From assembly GCA_028284445.1 (NCBI GenBank), contig JANQRS010000016.1:80441-144440 (forward strand): a stretch of 64,000 nt of DNA, given 5' to 3'. This DNA comes from Calditrichia bacterium (lineage in GTDB: Bacteria; Calditrichota; Calditrichia; RBG-13-44-9; J075). Within the stretch, counting starts at the first letter, position 1, and every line of letters begins with the position of its first letter. Position numbers and translations under genes: made by a program. This document shows positions 37,441 through 47,848 of this stretch, piece by piece. The notes below the pieces were generated by a model. It did not search any database, was not told where the DNA came from, and saw only the letters and a program-made list of their open reading frames with translations.

Positions 37441-38352
37441 TTATTTACGGCTGATGGCAGTTGTTGCGAGGTTTTTCAGGACATGCCTGGCGATTTGAGG
37501 ATTCTCCGTGAGGCGTCGCGTTGAATAGGCATACCATTCAGGGCCAAATGGGACATATACCCGCAATTTATGATTGGCGCGCAAAATGATGCGGCGCAGT
37601 TGCGGGTCAACGCCAAGGAGCATTTGGAACTCGTATTGCGATGTGGGAATTTTATACTTGTCTATCAAGCGCAGCGCCGCCCAGACCAGCTTTTCGTCGT
37701 GCGTAGCGATGGCTACATAGCAGTTATTGACAAACAGCTTCTCGAGGACATAGATGAAGTTTTGATTGATGATATAGGGATCCTTGTAGGCAATATCCCT
37801 GGACTCGATATAAATGCCTTTACAGATGCGAAAATTGGGCTTAACCGCGATCAGCTTATTGATATCGTCGACTGTTCTGCGCAAATACATCTGTAGCACA
37901 GTACCAACATTGTCGAAGTCACGGCGGAGCCGAAAATAGACATCGAGGGTATCACTGGTGGTCGTGGAATCCTCCATGTCGATGCGCACAAAGTTATTGT
38001 ACGTCTTCGCCATTTCTACCAGGGCACGGATGTTTTCATAACAAAGGTCTTTGTTCAGCTTGATGCCCATATGAGTGGGTTTGATAGAAATATTGGCATC
38101 GAGCTTGTCTTCATGAATGCGCTTCAGGGCCTGCTTGTAGATCTCGACCGCATGGCGGGATTGCTCCTCGTGGCGCACCTCTTCACCGAGAACGTCCAGC
38201 GTTGAGCGGGCGCCCTCAGCCATCAGGGATTTAACAACGTCTACGGCATCATCCAGTTTTTCACCAGCGATATAGGGACGGGCAAAGTAGCCAACGATTG
38301 GTTGCGGGACGACCGGCAGCGTGGAGCTGATAAACTTGTCGAAAAGACTCAT
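37441..38352 (-). CDS. proline dehydrogenase (monofunctional, Bacillus-type)
   Basis: 303 aa; 'ISIKPTHMG', 'RIDMEDS', 'VAIATHDE', 'YEFQMLLGV', the PRODH TIM-barrel motifs. Confidence 0.8.
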   Translation of the reverse strand: MSLFDKFISSTLPVVPQPIVGYFARPYIAGEKLDDAVDVVKSLMAEGARSTLDVLGEEVRHEEQSRHAVEIYKQALKRIHEDKLDANISIKPTHMGIKLNKDLCYENIRALVEMAKTYNNFVRIDMEDSTTTSDTLDVYFRLRRDFDNVGTVLQMYLRRTVDDINKLIAVKPNFRICKGIYIESRDIAYKDPYIINQNFIYVLEKLFVNNCYVAIATHDEKLVWAALRLIDKYKIPTSQYEFQMLLGVDPQLRRIILRANHKLRVYVPFGPEWYAYSTRRLTENPQIARHVLKNLATTAISRK

Positions 38353-38429
38353 GCAGAATTCCTTAGATTACGGCAGACGAAAATATAGCGCATACGGAAA
38401 TATCAGTCAATCCTTCGCTGAAGATTTGA

Positions 38430-39746
38430 TTACGCGTATAGTCCGCGTAATTCGGCGGCTTCCGTCACCCGGCGTATCGACAGAATGAAAGCTGCGATGC
38501 GCAAATTCACCTTATATTGCTCACTGGTTTGCCACACCTGCTGGAAGGCGGTTACCATAAAGCGCTTGAGGTCTTCGTTCACCCGTTCTTCGGCCCAATA
38601 ATAGCCCATGCGATTCTGCACCCACTCAAGGTAGGAGACGGTTACGCCGCCGGCATTGCAGAGAATATCGGGAATTACCCGCACGCCTTTTTTGTCAAGA
38701 ATCGCATCCGCCTCCACGGTAATTGGGCCATTGGCGCATTCAGCGATCAGGCGGGCCTGAACATTTGCTGCATTTTCTTCGGTGATTTGATCTTCCAAAG
38801 CGGCCGGGATGAGAATGTCCACATCCAATTCCAACAGCTTCATGGGGTCTTTCAGTTTCTCAACCTGCAGCTGCTTTTCCAGGCCTTGTAGTGACCAGCG
38901 CTTGTTCTGCGCACAGGTGCTAAGGGCGGTGTTCACGTTGATGCCGTCCGGATTATAATAGGCGCCGGAAATATCGCTGATGGCAACAACCTTTGCGCCG
39001 GCATCACTGAGAAATTTTGCGGCATTGGAGCCGGCATTGCCAAAGCCCTGGATGGCAACGCTGGCCCCTTCAAGGTTTTTGTTCATGATGCGATAGGCTT
39101 CAACAACGCAGTGGAACATCCCCAGGGCTGTGGCCACTTCCCGTCCGGCAGATCCGCCAATGCCAAGCGGCTTACCGGTGATAACGCCGGGAATGTGTTC
39201 TTTATGCTGCATCGAGTAAGTATCGAACATCCAGCACATCACCTGTGAGTTGGTATTGACGTCGGGTGCTGGAATATCCTTGTCAGGACCGAAGAGGTCG
39301 GACATCTCCGCAAAATAGCGCCGGGAGAGGCGTTCGAGCTCTGCAGGGGATAGCTTGGCAGGATCAACGACAATACCGCCCTTTCCGCCACCAAAGGGGA
39401 CATTTACGACAGCGCATTTATAGGTCATCCAAAAGGCCAGTGCCTTGACCTCATCTACATGGACCTGCGGATGATAGCGGATACCGCCTTTGGCCGGTCC
39501 ACGAGCAATGCTATGCTGAACGCGAAAGGCCTTGAAGACCTGGATTGAGCCATTGTCCATGCGGATAGGAAGATTTACCTCTGTTACTCGCCGAGGCTCT
39601 TTTACAACCGCGATCTGGTTCTTGCTCAACTTCAGGACTTTTGCTGCTTTGTCAAATTGCTTAAGGGCATTTTCGAATGGATTGCGCTGCTTAAGGTAGC
39701 CCATAGTGATTCCTCCTGCTAGAAGTCTGTTGTCATACTCGGCCAA
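38430..39746 (-). CDS. gdh: glutamate dehydrogenase (Glu/Leu/Phe/Val dehydrogenase family)
   Basis: 'GPAKGGIRYHP', 'KCAVVNVPFGGGKGG', Rossmann 'VAIQGFGNAGSNAAKFL'. Confidence 0.9.
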   Translation of the reverse strand: MAEYDNRLLAGGITMGYLKQRNPFENALKQFDKAAKVLKLSKNQIAVVKEPRRVTEVNLPIRMDNGSIQVFKAFRVQHSIARGPAKGGIRYHPQVHVDEVKALAFWMTYKCAVVNVPFGGGKGGIVVDPAKLSPAELERLSRRYFAEMSDLFGPDKDIPAPDVNTNSQVMCWMFDTYSMQHKEHIPGVITGKPLGIGGSAGREVATALGMFHCVVEAYRIMNKNLEGASVAIQGFGNAGSNAAKFLSDAGAKVVAISDISGAYYNPDGINVNTALSTCAQNKRWSLQGLEKQLQVEKLKDPMKLLELDVDILIPAALEDQITEENAANVQARLIAECANGPITVEADAILDKKGVRVIPDILCNAGGVTVSYLEWVQNRMGYYWAEERVNEDLKRFMVTAFQQVWQTSEQYKVNLRIAAFILSIRRVTEAAELRGLYA

Positions 39747-40096
39747 ATTCGTCCATGATTGACATGCGTTGCCGCCGGGAAGGCTGATAGGCGGTATGCC
39801 TGCAGGGTCATTTGCTCTGGAGTGACGAGCAACGAACCGGTTTCTCCGCTGACAGATTCCCCGCTATGGGGTTGCCATGTTATCTGCTAGCGCAAAGCCG
39901 GAAATCATGTGTTTTCGGGAAGTATGGAAGCTGGGTTGAGTGTCCTTCTTTTGTCATTCTCACAATTAGTGAAAGAAAGCGCAAAATTTAGCAGGGATAT
40001 AAATAAATGGCAAGCGAAATAGGATTTTGTTGGCGAGTGGGGATCAGTGAATTGGTTGACTGGTGGATTGGGTTAGGCATATACCGTGGTTCGATT

Positions 40097-40138
40097 GTCC
40101 CCCCTCTATCTCCCCCCGGGGGGAGATAGAGGGGGGAC
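40097..40138. repeat. G/C-tract palindromic element (GTC/GAC-arm variant), 3' of PEGA gene
   Basis: gtcccccctctatctccccccggggggagatagaggggggac, a perfect 42-bp palindrome. Confidence 0.7.
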
Positions 40139-40209
40139 AAGGCGACATCGATAGAGATACCGTCATAGCACAACTAATAGACGATTCAACTAATGAACCG
40201 ATTCACCAA

Positions 40210-41046
40210 TCAATACTTCATCACCATGTAGATCAGTCCGACGAGGCTGGTATAGGAAACCCCTAGCGTGATATCTGATATACGATCGTAGCGCTCTGTG
40301 GCATCCCAGAAATCTGCCTGTTTGAGCGGATCGGCTGTTTGCTGGTAATCTTCGTAGTTTTGGTCAGCAAGATTCTTGAAATAAAAGGCTGTCCATTGGG
40401 TTGCAATGGTCAGCGCCAGCAGGGAAAACTTGCTCTTCATGTGTCGCCGAGGGATCAGGCCCAACAGCTGCGGCTTGGCTTCTTGCTCCACATAATTTTC
40501 ATCCTTCTCCAACTCGGCGAGAATTGCCTGTCGGTTCATCAAAGTGAAGATAAAGGGCTTATAGCCTGCCTTGCTGAGGGTAAACTGCTTGTCCTTAAAT
40601 GACTCAAAGGGCACATAGAGCGGGGTAAGTCCAAGCTTCGTTGTGTCCTGGGAAAGGGTCGCCCCAAAAGGTAGGGAGTTGACCAGAACCGGGGTTTCGA
40701 AATTGGCTTTGATTACCGTGTCTTTGTCGGCGACTATTCGCACGGTATATGTTTCCTGCTGGTAATTCCAGGTACCTGTTTGTTTTGGCAGGACCTGAAT
40801 AAAGTGTGTGCCCGGCGCCAGTTCATATTTTTCCAGAGGCGTTTTACCTACCAGGGCGGAATCTATGCGAACCCAACAGTTGGACGGTGTCGAGCGAACG
40901 GTTACGTAGCCAACTTCCGGCTGTTTCATTTCCAGCGTTTTCAAATCCATGCTGGTTTCAACCAGGGAATCAGCGGCAGGAGATTGAGCATAAAGGGCCA
41001 GGCAAAAGAAGCTGATAATTAGCTGAATTCCGAGAAATTGTTTCAT
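40210..41046 (-). CDS. PEGA-domain lipoprotein-like protein (two PEGA repeats + C-terminal hydrophobic region)
   Basis: Signal peptide; 'YVTVRSTPSNCWVRIDSALVGKTPL' and 'PVLVNSLPFGATLSQDTTKLGLTPL'. Confidence 0.65.
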   Translation of the reverse strand: MKQFLGIQLIISFFCLALYAQSPAADSLVETSMDLKTLEMKQPEVGYVTVRSTPSNCWVRIDSALVGKTPLEKYELAPGTHFIQVLPKQTGTWNYQQETYTVRIVADKDTVIKANFETPVLVNSLPFGATLSQDTTKLGLTPLYVPFESFKDKQFTLSKAGYKPFIFTLMNRQAILAELEKDENYVEQEAKPQLLGLIPRRHMKSKFSLLALTIATQWTAFYFKNLADQNYEDYQQTADPLKQADFWDATERYDRISDITLGVSYTSLVGLIYMVMKY

Positions 41047-42227
41047 CGTTTGTTTTCCTTCATTTCGGTAATCAGTTTTTCATTTGCCAGGGCCAGGAGC
41101 TGGTCATTTGCCGAGTGAATAATCAGGTAATCCCGATAAATAATCGGTGATGATTTTGCCGGGCGCTTCAAGCGAAATTTGAATATCAGTTTACCGGAAA
41201 AGCGGTTTAGCACATAAAGATAGCGGTCCCAACTGGTGACGTACAGGTAATCCGGCGACGGAAGGGGAACCGTGTTGACAATGCCTCGGGTTTCGAAGCG
41301 CCAGATCTCTTCACCGGTTTCTTTGTGCAGGGCAATGACCTGATTGCCATTATTCCCGAAGAACAGCATGTTTTGGTAAAGGGCCGGACTGCTGTAAATG
41401 GCTCCATTGCTGTCATATGACCATAGTTGTTCACCACTCGTCAAGTCGATAGCGGTAAATACGCCATTGGTAGACCCCAGGTAGACCGTAGAATCATCCA
41501 GTACCGGGTGTGAAAAAAGGCTGCCGCCGAGCTGTTGTTCCCATAACACGATACCATTCTCTGCCTGTAGTGCATAAACCCCGCCTTTGTGGTCAGCAAA
41601 TACAAGTGTGTTTTCTATCATCGCCGGGGAGCTGAATATCGGTGCAGGTGTTTCATAGCGCCAAACCGGATCTCCGCTGCGCTTATCGACGCAGAAAAAG
41701 ACACCGTTGTGGGTGCCGAAATAGATAACGTCATCCAAGACCAGGGGAGAGGTGTAAATGTGCGGATAAGGTTCGGCCATTTCCTGATTGGCCCGCTCCA
41801 AATCGAAGCCAACAAGGGTTTTGTCGCCCAGCGACATACCGGCATACATTACGTTATTATGAATAGATGGCGCATTTGCAATTGAGGGCCCCAGTTTACC
41901 GGAGCCGATGCCGGTGCCTGTTTCATAGTCAATCATATAAAGCAGGCCGCTCTTGGTCGGCGCAAAAATATAATCGCCAACAGCCAGGGGATGATCAGCG
42001 ATCACGGACTTAACATTCTTCTTCCATACAATGTCCAGGGGTGGACTGATATTTTCGGATGAAAAATGCTGGCGCTGCAAATTCTTGCCCAAGGTTGTCC
42101 ATTCTTTGCCTTCTGTTGCTTTTCGTGACTCCCTGAGTTCCAGGGATACCAGCCCGCTACAACCAAGAATCAGCAATGCCAATCCAGTGGCAAAAGAAAT
42201 CTTCAGTTTACGTGAATAATGTTGCAT
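41043..42227 (-). CDS. BamB-like PQQ beta-propeller lipoprotein
   Basis: Lipobox 'LILGCSG'; repeated '...GxVYAL/YVG..dG.lyAlD..tG...W' PQQ-type blades; start set at MQHYS, which makes a TGATG overlap with the upstream gene's stop. Confidence 0.65.
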   Translation of the reverse strand: MQHYSRKLKISFATGLALLILGCSGLVSLELRESRKATEGKEWTTLGKNLQRQHFSSENISPPLDIVWKKNVKSVIADHPLAVGDYIFAPTKSGLLYMIDYETGTGIGSGKLGPSIANAPSIHNNVMYAGMSLGDKTLVGFDLERANQEMAEPYPHIYTSPLVLDDVIYFGTHNGVFFCVDKRSGDPVWRYETPAPIFSSPAMIENTLVFADHKGGVYALQAENGIVLWEQQLGGSLFSHPVLDDSTVYLGSTNGVFTAIDLTSGEQLWSYDSNGAIYSSPALYQNMLFFGNNGNQVIALHKETGEEIWRFETRGIVNTVPLPSPDYLYVTSWDRYLYVLNRFSGKLIFKFRLKRPAKSSPIIYRDYLIIHSANDQLLALANEKLITEMKENKR

Positions 42228-45085
42228 CAAAAATCCCATCCGAAGAAGAATTGTGTATTCCAATCATTTTCAATGGTCTTGAAGTCTGTTCGACGCGCAA
42301 AGTCCCAGCGCAATACCAGGAAACCGCCAAGGTTAAAGCGGATGCCATATCCCAGGGCGCCAATCCAGTCGTTGTTATCAAACTGGCCATCCCGCCAAAC
42401 ATTGGCTGCATCAAAGAACAGTGCCCCGCGGATGCCCGGAAATACCATGGATAAAAATGGAAACTTGATCCCCAGGTATTCAATGAATGGAAAGCGCAAT
42501 TCATGTGAGGTAAAGAGGATCTTTTCACCATGAATGGACCAGCGCTTATAGCCGCGCAAATCCCAACTGCCGCCAAGCGTGAACCAGCGGGTTTCCCGGC
42601 CGTCGTTCAGTAAGGCCATATAGCGCGAGGCGTAAGTCAGACTGGGCCGCAGTCGTATATATTTCCGATAATCTGCGAGAAATGTCCAGAAGTTGACGTT
42701 GGAAAAACGGACATCGTAGGTGTTGCCTATCGATAGATTGTAGCGAGTGCCTTCTACAGGGCCGGTATACGACCAGATTGAATTGTCGTGGATAAACGAC
42801 AGGGAATTTGTGGTCAGGGTAGCGAAGCGCCGCCCGTTGGCAATGGTCTCTTTATCCGAGTAGCTCAAGGAGGTATTGTATTCAAGGCGCGAAAAATGCG
42901 AGAAAGGATGGGCGATGGTGAAAAAGCCGCCGACCTGGTCTTCGTAAAAGAAATCGTCCTTGAAATTGAAAAATCGTCCGGCAAAGCGGAAGAGTCCATA
43001 GGCGTAATTGGTGCGCTTGCCAAGTGATACTTTTGAGACGGCAAAGTTCGTACTTCTCAGGAAGTCAGAACGGGTCTGCGCATTGTTGTAAATCAGGAAG
43101 TAGTATTGGTCGTTGCCAAGCACATCGGTAAATGCCATCATGGCGCCGCCGTTGGTGCCCCAGAACGGGTCCTGATTTACCTGGGTTTGGGCAATATCCA
43201 GGTCGTAATCTTTCTCATATTCCAATTTCTTGAGGACCTTGCTGCCGCTGACCCGTCCCGGTTGCCAGTGGCTGTGCACAAACTGAACCGGGGTCTGCTC
43301 TACGGCCGGGGTTTCGATAATTGCCTGCTGCACATTCTGCATGCGGCGAATCTGGAAACGTCCGGCTTCAAACACTGTGAAGAGCAACTGATCATCATCC
43401 ATCCATTCCGGATCAAATGCGGCATTAGCGTAGCGGGAAATTTGATGCACGGGAATGACATGCGGATCGGTTTCAGCCCAGGTACCGATTTCGCTGACGT
43501 CAGCCACCCAGATGTTCAAGGCGGAAGAGTCGCGGTCGGATGTAAAGGCCACGTAATCTCCGCTTGGCGACCACACCGGCGTATAATCCTGGTGATGCCC
43601 GGAGGTCAAATAATAGTTGAGATTGGTTTCCAGGTCATAAACAAAGAGGTTATAACACCATTCTTCACCGAAAACCGTGCGATCGGACGAGTAGACCAGC
43701 TTTTTGCCGTCAGGTGAAAAGCTGGGCGAGCGGTCTTCGTACAGATCGTTCGTCAATTGAATGACCTTTTCGCTCTTCAACTGCAGCATAAACAAATCTT
43801 TACTGCCATTGAATCCCAGTCCGGAAAAGGCAATCTGTTGACCATCCGGTGAAAAAACCGGGTCCGAGACACCAACGATGTTATTCCACTCGTACTTGCG
43901 AATTATCTCTTCAGTTTCAATATCATAAATGTAAAGCGCGTCGTTTTCGCCACTCTTCGACGAGAAAGCCAGGCGTCCATCGTGTGAGACGTCTATTTTA
44001 CTGGAAAAAATATGGAAGGCTTCAAAATCAGAGCTTCGTCCGCTTTCTACCAGCGTCTTCAGTCGCTCCTTGCTGCGCGGTCCCATCTTGTTGATGTCGG
44101 ACATAAAAATGTTTGAGTAGCCGGTGCGGTTACCGACAAAAACAACTTTGTCGCCATTTGGTGAGTTGTAGTAGGCCGGCTTGAAATTGTATCCGTCACG
44201 GACAACGGTTTCGGCAACCATTTGCGAGAAGTCGTGATCGTCGAGTAAGGGATAATATTTCTTCTTAAGATGATACAGCCATTCTTTATCGAATTCCTCA
44301 TACGATAAGCCGATCACTTCCCGGAAAACATCGGAAAACTTGTTGTATTTCCAGATGTTTTCCATCAATAGCAGGACTTTTTCCGGGCCGTATTTATCCG
44401 AGATGTATTCGAGGATGGCTTGCCCCTGCTTATACATCGTAAAAGTGCCGTGGATAGCGTAAATCTGTGACAGTGGCACAATATAATTGTTCAGCACCGC
44501 ATCACGGATGATCATTTCTGTTTGGGAGTCCCATTCCGAAGACCAAAGTTCTGCGAGGCCTTCTGTAAACCAGAGCGGGGGATAGGTGCCATCTATCCTG
44601 CCATGTTCCTTATTGGCAAAATAAACCTTGGCGTGCATAAAAACGTGCACCAATTCGTGGCGAATAACTTTCTTCCAGTGATTGAGATTGCCATTGCTGG
44701 GAATCACCACCCGGCCTTTCAAAAATTCGAAGAAACCGCCAACGCCTTCCGGTATATGGTTCGGTATTACATTGGTCTGTTGAAAATGCAGATGGGAGCT
44801 GTAAAAAATGAGCGGTATACGGCGGTTAATGGAAAAATTAAACTTGTTCTCCAGAATGGCATAGCTTTCTTCTGCATAGAATGCGCCGCGTTCAGCCAGA
44901 TCTTCCATCTCCGGATAATAATAGATATCAAAATGCTCAGTCTTCAAAATTTGCCATTTGAAGTCCGTGTATTGAACTTTATTACGGCCGAAATTGAACC
45001 ATTGAGCTTGTATGGGGAAACTGCTGATAATTAGAAGTGCAACCGTGATCCAGATAAAATGGAACTGTTTACCGGTTCTTGACAT
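42227..45085 (-). CDS. 952-aa outer-membrane-associated protein: N-terminal HExxH zincin-like domain, TolB-like PD40 beta-propeller, C-terminal beta-barrel ending in Phe
   Basis: Signal peptide; 'IRHELVHVFMH...EGLAELW'; PD40 blocks 'FSPDGQQIAFSG', 'PSFSPDGKKLVYSSDR', 'PVWSPSGDYVAFTSDR'; C-terminal alternating hydrophobic strands ending '...FFFGWDF'. Confidence 0.55.
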   Translation of the reverse strand: MSRTGKQFHFIWITVALLIISSFPIQAQWFNFGRNKVQYTDFKWQILKTEHFDIYYYPEMEDLAERGAFYAEESYAILENKFNFSINRRIPLIFYSSHLHFQQTNVIPNHIPEGVGGFFEFLKGRVVIPSNGNLNHWKKVIRHELVHVFMHAKVYFANKEHGRIDGTYPPLWFTEGLAELWSSEWDSQTEMIIRDAVLNNYIVPLSQIYAIHGTFTMYKQGQAILEYISDKYGPEKVLLLMENIWKYNKFSDVFREVIGLSYEEFDKEWLYHLKKKYYPLLDDHDFSQMVAETVVRDGYNFKPAYYNSPNGDKVVFVGNRTGYSNIFMSDINKMGPRSKERLKTLVESGRSSDFEAFHIFSSKIDVSHDGRLAFSSKSGENDALYIYDIETEEIIRKYEWNNIVGVSDPVFSPDGQQIAFSGLGFNGSKDLFMLQLKSEKVIQLTNDLYEDRSPSFSPDGKKLVYSSDRTVFGEEWCYNLFVYDLETNLNYYLTSGHHQDYTPVWSPSGDYVAFTSDRDSSALNIWVADVSEIGTWAETDPHVIPVHQISRYANAAFDPEWMDDDQLLFTVFEAGRFQIRRMQNVQQAIIETPAVEQTPVQFVHSHWQPGRVSGSKVLKKLEYEKDYDLDIAQTQVNQDPFWGTNGGAMMAFTDVLGNDQYYFLIYNNAQTRSDFLRSTNFAVSKVSLGKRTNYAYGLFRFAGRFFNFKDDFFYEDQVGGFFTIAHPFSHFSRLEYNTSLSYSDKETIANGRRFATLTTNSLSFIHDNSIWSYTGPVEGTRYNLSIGNTYDVRFSNVNFWTFLADYRKYIRLRPSLTYASRYMALLNDGRETRWFTLGGSWDLRGYKRWSIHGEKILFTSHELRFPFIEYLGIKFPFLSMVFPGIRGALFFDAANVWRDGQFDNNDWIGALGYGIRFNLGGFLVLRWDFARRTDFKTIENDWNTQFFFGWDF

Positions 45086-45447
45086 AATACCTATCCTGGT
45101 TGAAATGAGGGATCTCTAATGATGCTCTAACGCCATATTCTCCTTAAAGTTCATCGACGCAAGGCATTCTAACGTTGAACAAAATTTCCTGAAAAATCAG
45201 TGAACTCTGTTACAATGCTGCCGATGCCTGCTCTTATTCAGCCGTAACATCCAGCATAGCAACAATTCATTGACAACGTCCAAATTCTTGTAAAGAAACA
45301 AAAACAATACCAAGATTGGACACCAATCATCTAAATATATGATAATAAGTCAGTTCGGTGTTGTGCTGCTAATCAGTCAATTCTTATTTCGGATTTATTT
45401 TGCCCGAAAAACGGGAAAAAATTTTCCATATTTGCTGCAAAAATTGC

Positions 45448-46236
45448 TCAATCGATGCGATCGTACTTACGTAAGCGCTTCAGTAGGGCGGAAAAGTCCT
45501 TTGGTAGCGGCGCCTCGATGTCAACTTGCGTTTCCGAAAACGGATGTTTGAAACGCAATCGGCTGGCATGCAAAGTCAGGCGATTGATCAACGGTGATAT
45601 CGGGGCGTCGTCGCGCCTGGGGGATACTGATCGCTTCAACATGCTGATGTCCAGGGCGGCATGGCTGCCATACATCGGATCAACTGCCAGCGGTGCCCCG
45701 ATGTGTTGCAGGTGCAGGCGGATTTGGTGCGTGCGTCCGGATATCGGGCTGAGCTGCAACAAGGCGAATCGTCGAAAGGTTTCTAGGGTTTCGTAGCGGG
45801 TGACGGCTGCCTTGCCTTTGCGGGCAATGCGCATGCGTCGTTTGCGCGAAGGGTGTTCTTCCATTGGCGCGCTGATTTCACCGCGATCAGGTTGCGGAAT
45901 GCCGCTGGTAACCGCCAGATATGTTTTCTCCACCAGCCGTTCCTGGAATAGCCGGTTCAAGCGCCGGTGCGCTTCCTCATGGCGCGCCAGCATGACAATT
46001 CCGCTGGTGTCCATATCAATCCGGTGAACGACCCAAACAGCTTGCTCTGAATCCGCTGGCTTTTTTCCGTATTGTTTTTGCAACAATTCCTTTAGATTGG
46101 GAAGGTTGGCATCCCAGCGGTCTCGAATCACCGGAATTCCGGCGGGCTTGTCAACGATCAATAGATCATCATCTTCATGGAGTATGGTTATTCGACGCTT
46201 TCGCTGGTGTTTATCACGTATCTGAAAACTATTCAT
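45448..46236 (-). CDS. RluA-family pseudouridine synthase
   Basis: 'HRIDMDTSGIVMLAR' catalytic-Asp motif; start set at MNSFQ. Confidence 0.8.
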   Translation of the reverse strand: MNSFQIRDKHQRKRRITILHEDDDLLIVDKPAGIPVIRDRWDANLPNLKELLQKQYGKKPADSEQAVWVVHRIDMDTSGIVMLARHEEAHRRLNRLFQERLVEKTYLAVTSGIPQPDRGEISAPMEEHPSRKRRMRIARKGKAAVTRYETLETFRRFALLQLSPISGRTHQIRLHLQHIGAPLAVDPMYGSHAALDISMLKRSVSPRRDDAPISPLINRLTLHASRLRFKHPFSETQVDIEAPLPKDFSALLKRLRKYDRID

Positions 46237-46440
46237 GACAGAAAGATGTTCAATGAATAAGCAAAATCCAATTTTTTTTGCGATGTAAATGAATTTTGAT
46301 GTCAAACGTCCAATTATCAGCGCCGACATGGGGAGCGCTCTGTGGAGAATGACTTCTCCCGGGAAATGATTGTTGCGAACCGGCATGGTTCCGGATTGCC
46401 TAATTCACATTGACGTTGATATCGAAATGCGCGAAATCCG

Positions 46441-47037
46441 GTGGCTCAACAACTAATTAAAATGATGAACTCAGACGCTGAGCAGATTATTCTGGAGGCC
46501 AAGGCGGGGGATAAGCGTGCCTTCAATATGCTTGTGACGCAGCATCAAAAACGGGTGCTGTACCTGGCGTACGACCTCTTGGGCGACTGGGATGAAGCGA
46601 AAGACGTGGCGCAGGAAGTGTTTGTAAAAGCCTATCAGAAGCTGGATACCTTTGAAGAGCGGTCCCGCTTTTCAACCTGGATTTATCGGATTACCACCAA
46701 TCTCTGCATTGATATACAACGCAAAAGAAAGCGCAATCGAACTGAACCCATAGAAAAATCAGGCCCGGACGGCAAACTAAATCTTAACCAAAAATTGTCG
46801 GAACCGCCGAAGATCGAAGCGCTATTGGAAAATACGCAACTACGCCGCCAGCTGGAAGAGGCGCTGACGCAACTGTCGATCAACCAAAAGACCGCCATTT
46901 CCCTTCGATACTTCCAGGAATTTTCTACTACGGAAATTGCGGAAACCATGGGCTGCAGCGAGAATACTGTGCGCATCCATATTTTTCGAGGTATAAAGAA
47001 GCTAAAAACGATACTGGGTAACATTCAAATAAGTTGA
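46441..47037 (+). CDS. ECF-type RNA polymerase sigma factor (sigma-70 family regions 2 and 4)
   Basis: 'DVAQEVFVKAYQKL..F...FSTWIYRITTNLCID' (region 2) and a C-terminal region-4 HTH. Confidence 0.85.
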   Translation: MAQQLIKMMNSDAEQIILEAKAGDKRAFNMLVTQHQKRVLYLAYDLLGDWDEAKDVAQEVFVKAYQKLDTFEERSRFSTWIYRITTNLCIDIQRKRKRNRTEPIEKSGPDGKLNLNQKLSEPPKIEALLENTQLRRQLEEALTQLSINQKTAISLRYFQEFSTTEIAETMGCSENTVRIHIFRGIKKLKTILGNIQIS

Positions 47038-47046
47038 CGGGATATC

Positions 47047-47841
47047 ATGAAGACATGTCATTTTGAGGAGAAAATTGATGATCTGCTTGCCGGCTCGCTT
47101 GAAGCTGAAGCGGCTGAAGCGCTCGAGAATCATCTGGTGACTTGCACCACCTGCTTTGCTCGCTGGGAGGAAGCGTCGGCAATGGTGCAGGTTTTGTCGC
47201 AGGCAAGCGCCCCGGAGCCGCCGCCAAATCTTCTGGCCGACTTTCAAAGCGAGTTGACGAAAGCGCTTGCCAGTGAGGACGACAAATCGCCGCTGTGGCC
47301 AAATATTCAGAATCGAGCCCGCTCGATTTTCTGGCCGGGCAATACCACGTACCGGGTATTGCAGGCAGCAGCGCTGCTCATTTTCGGGGTATTTATTGGC
47401 CGGCAATTCCTGGCGCCGGTTCCGGAAGTTGTCGGACCGCCGGTTCCGGCTGCCCTGAATCAGAATATCTCGACGGAGGAGATAGAATCTGTTCAGCGCT
47501 TTTTCAACGAAGCCGAAATGCTGATCATCCAGGTGATGAACCTCAGTTATCCTGATGCAATTGAGACCGAGGAAATTGAATTCACGCAGTCTATTGCCCA
47601 GGATATGCTTGTGCGCTCTCAGACAATGCAGGAGGAAGCGCTGGAATTAAACGATATGGCCATGCTGAAGCTCCTGCACCGCATGGATGTGCTGCTTTAT
47701 GAGGTGGCAAACCTGTCTGGCGAGGATATGCCCGATATGCTGCCTTTCATACAAAAGATGATAAGAGATATGAATATCGTGGCTGAAATTCGCCTGATCC
47801 TGGAGGAAACCCGGGAAGCGATCAAACCTTTTTCGATATAG
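47047..47841 (+). CDS. putative anti-sigma factor (zf-HC2-like N-terminus + TM)
   Basis: 'H..TCTTCFARWEE' Cys/His cluster, a central hydrophobic segment, position directly after the ECF sigma. Confidence 0.55.
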   Translation: MKTCHFEEKIDDLLAGSLEAEAAEALENHLVTCTTCFARWEEASAMVQVLSQASAPEPPPNLLADFQSELTKALASEDDKSPLWPNIQNRARSIFWPGNTTYRVLQAAALLIFGVFIGRQFLAPVPEVVGPPVPAALNQNISTEEIESVQRFFNEAEMLIIQVMNLSYPDAIETEEIEFTQSIAQDMLVRSQTMQEEALELNDMAMLKLLHRMDVLLYEVANLSGEDMPDMLPFIQKMIRDMNIVAEIRLILEETREAIKPFSI

Positions 47842-47848
47842 TTGAGGA

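Noticed and set aside
40085-40100. tRNA T-loop-like 'ggttcgattg' next to the palindromic element
   Set aside because: The flanks cannot form T-stem or acceptor stem; there is no cloverleaf. No tRNA genes were detected anywhere in the window.
43106-43717. 203-aa plus-strand ORF inside the 952-aa outer-membrane protein gene
   Set aside because: It is antisense to a long continuous ORF with coherent domain structure.
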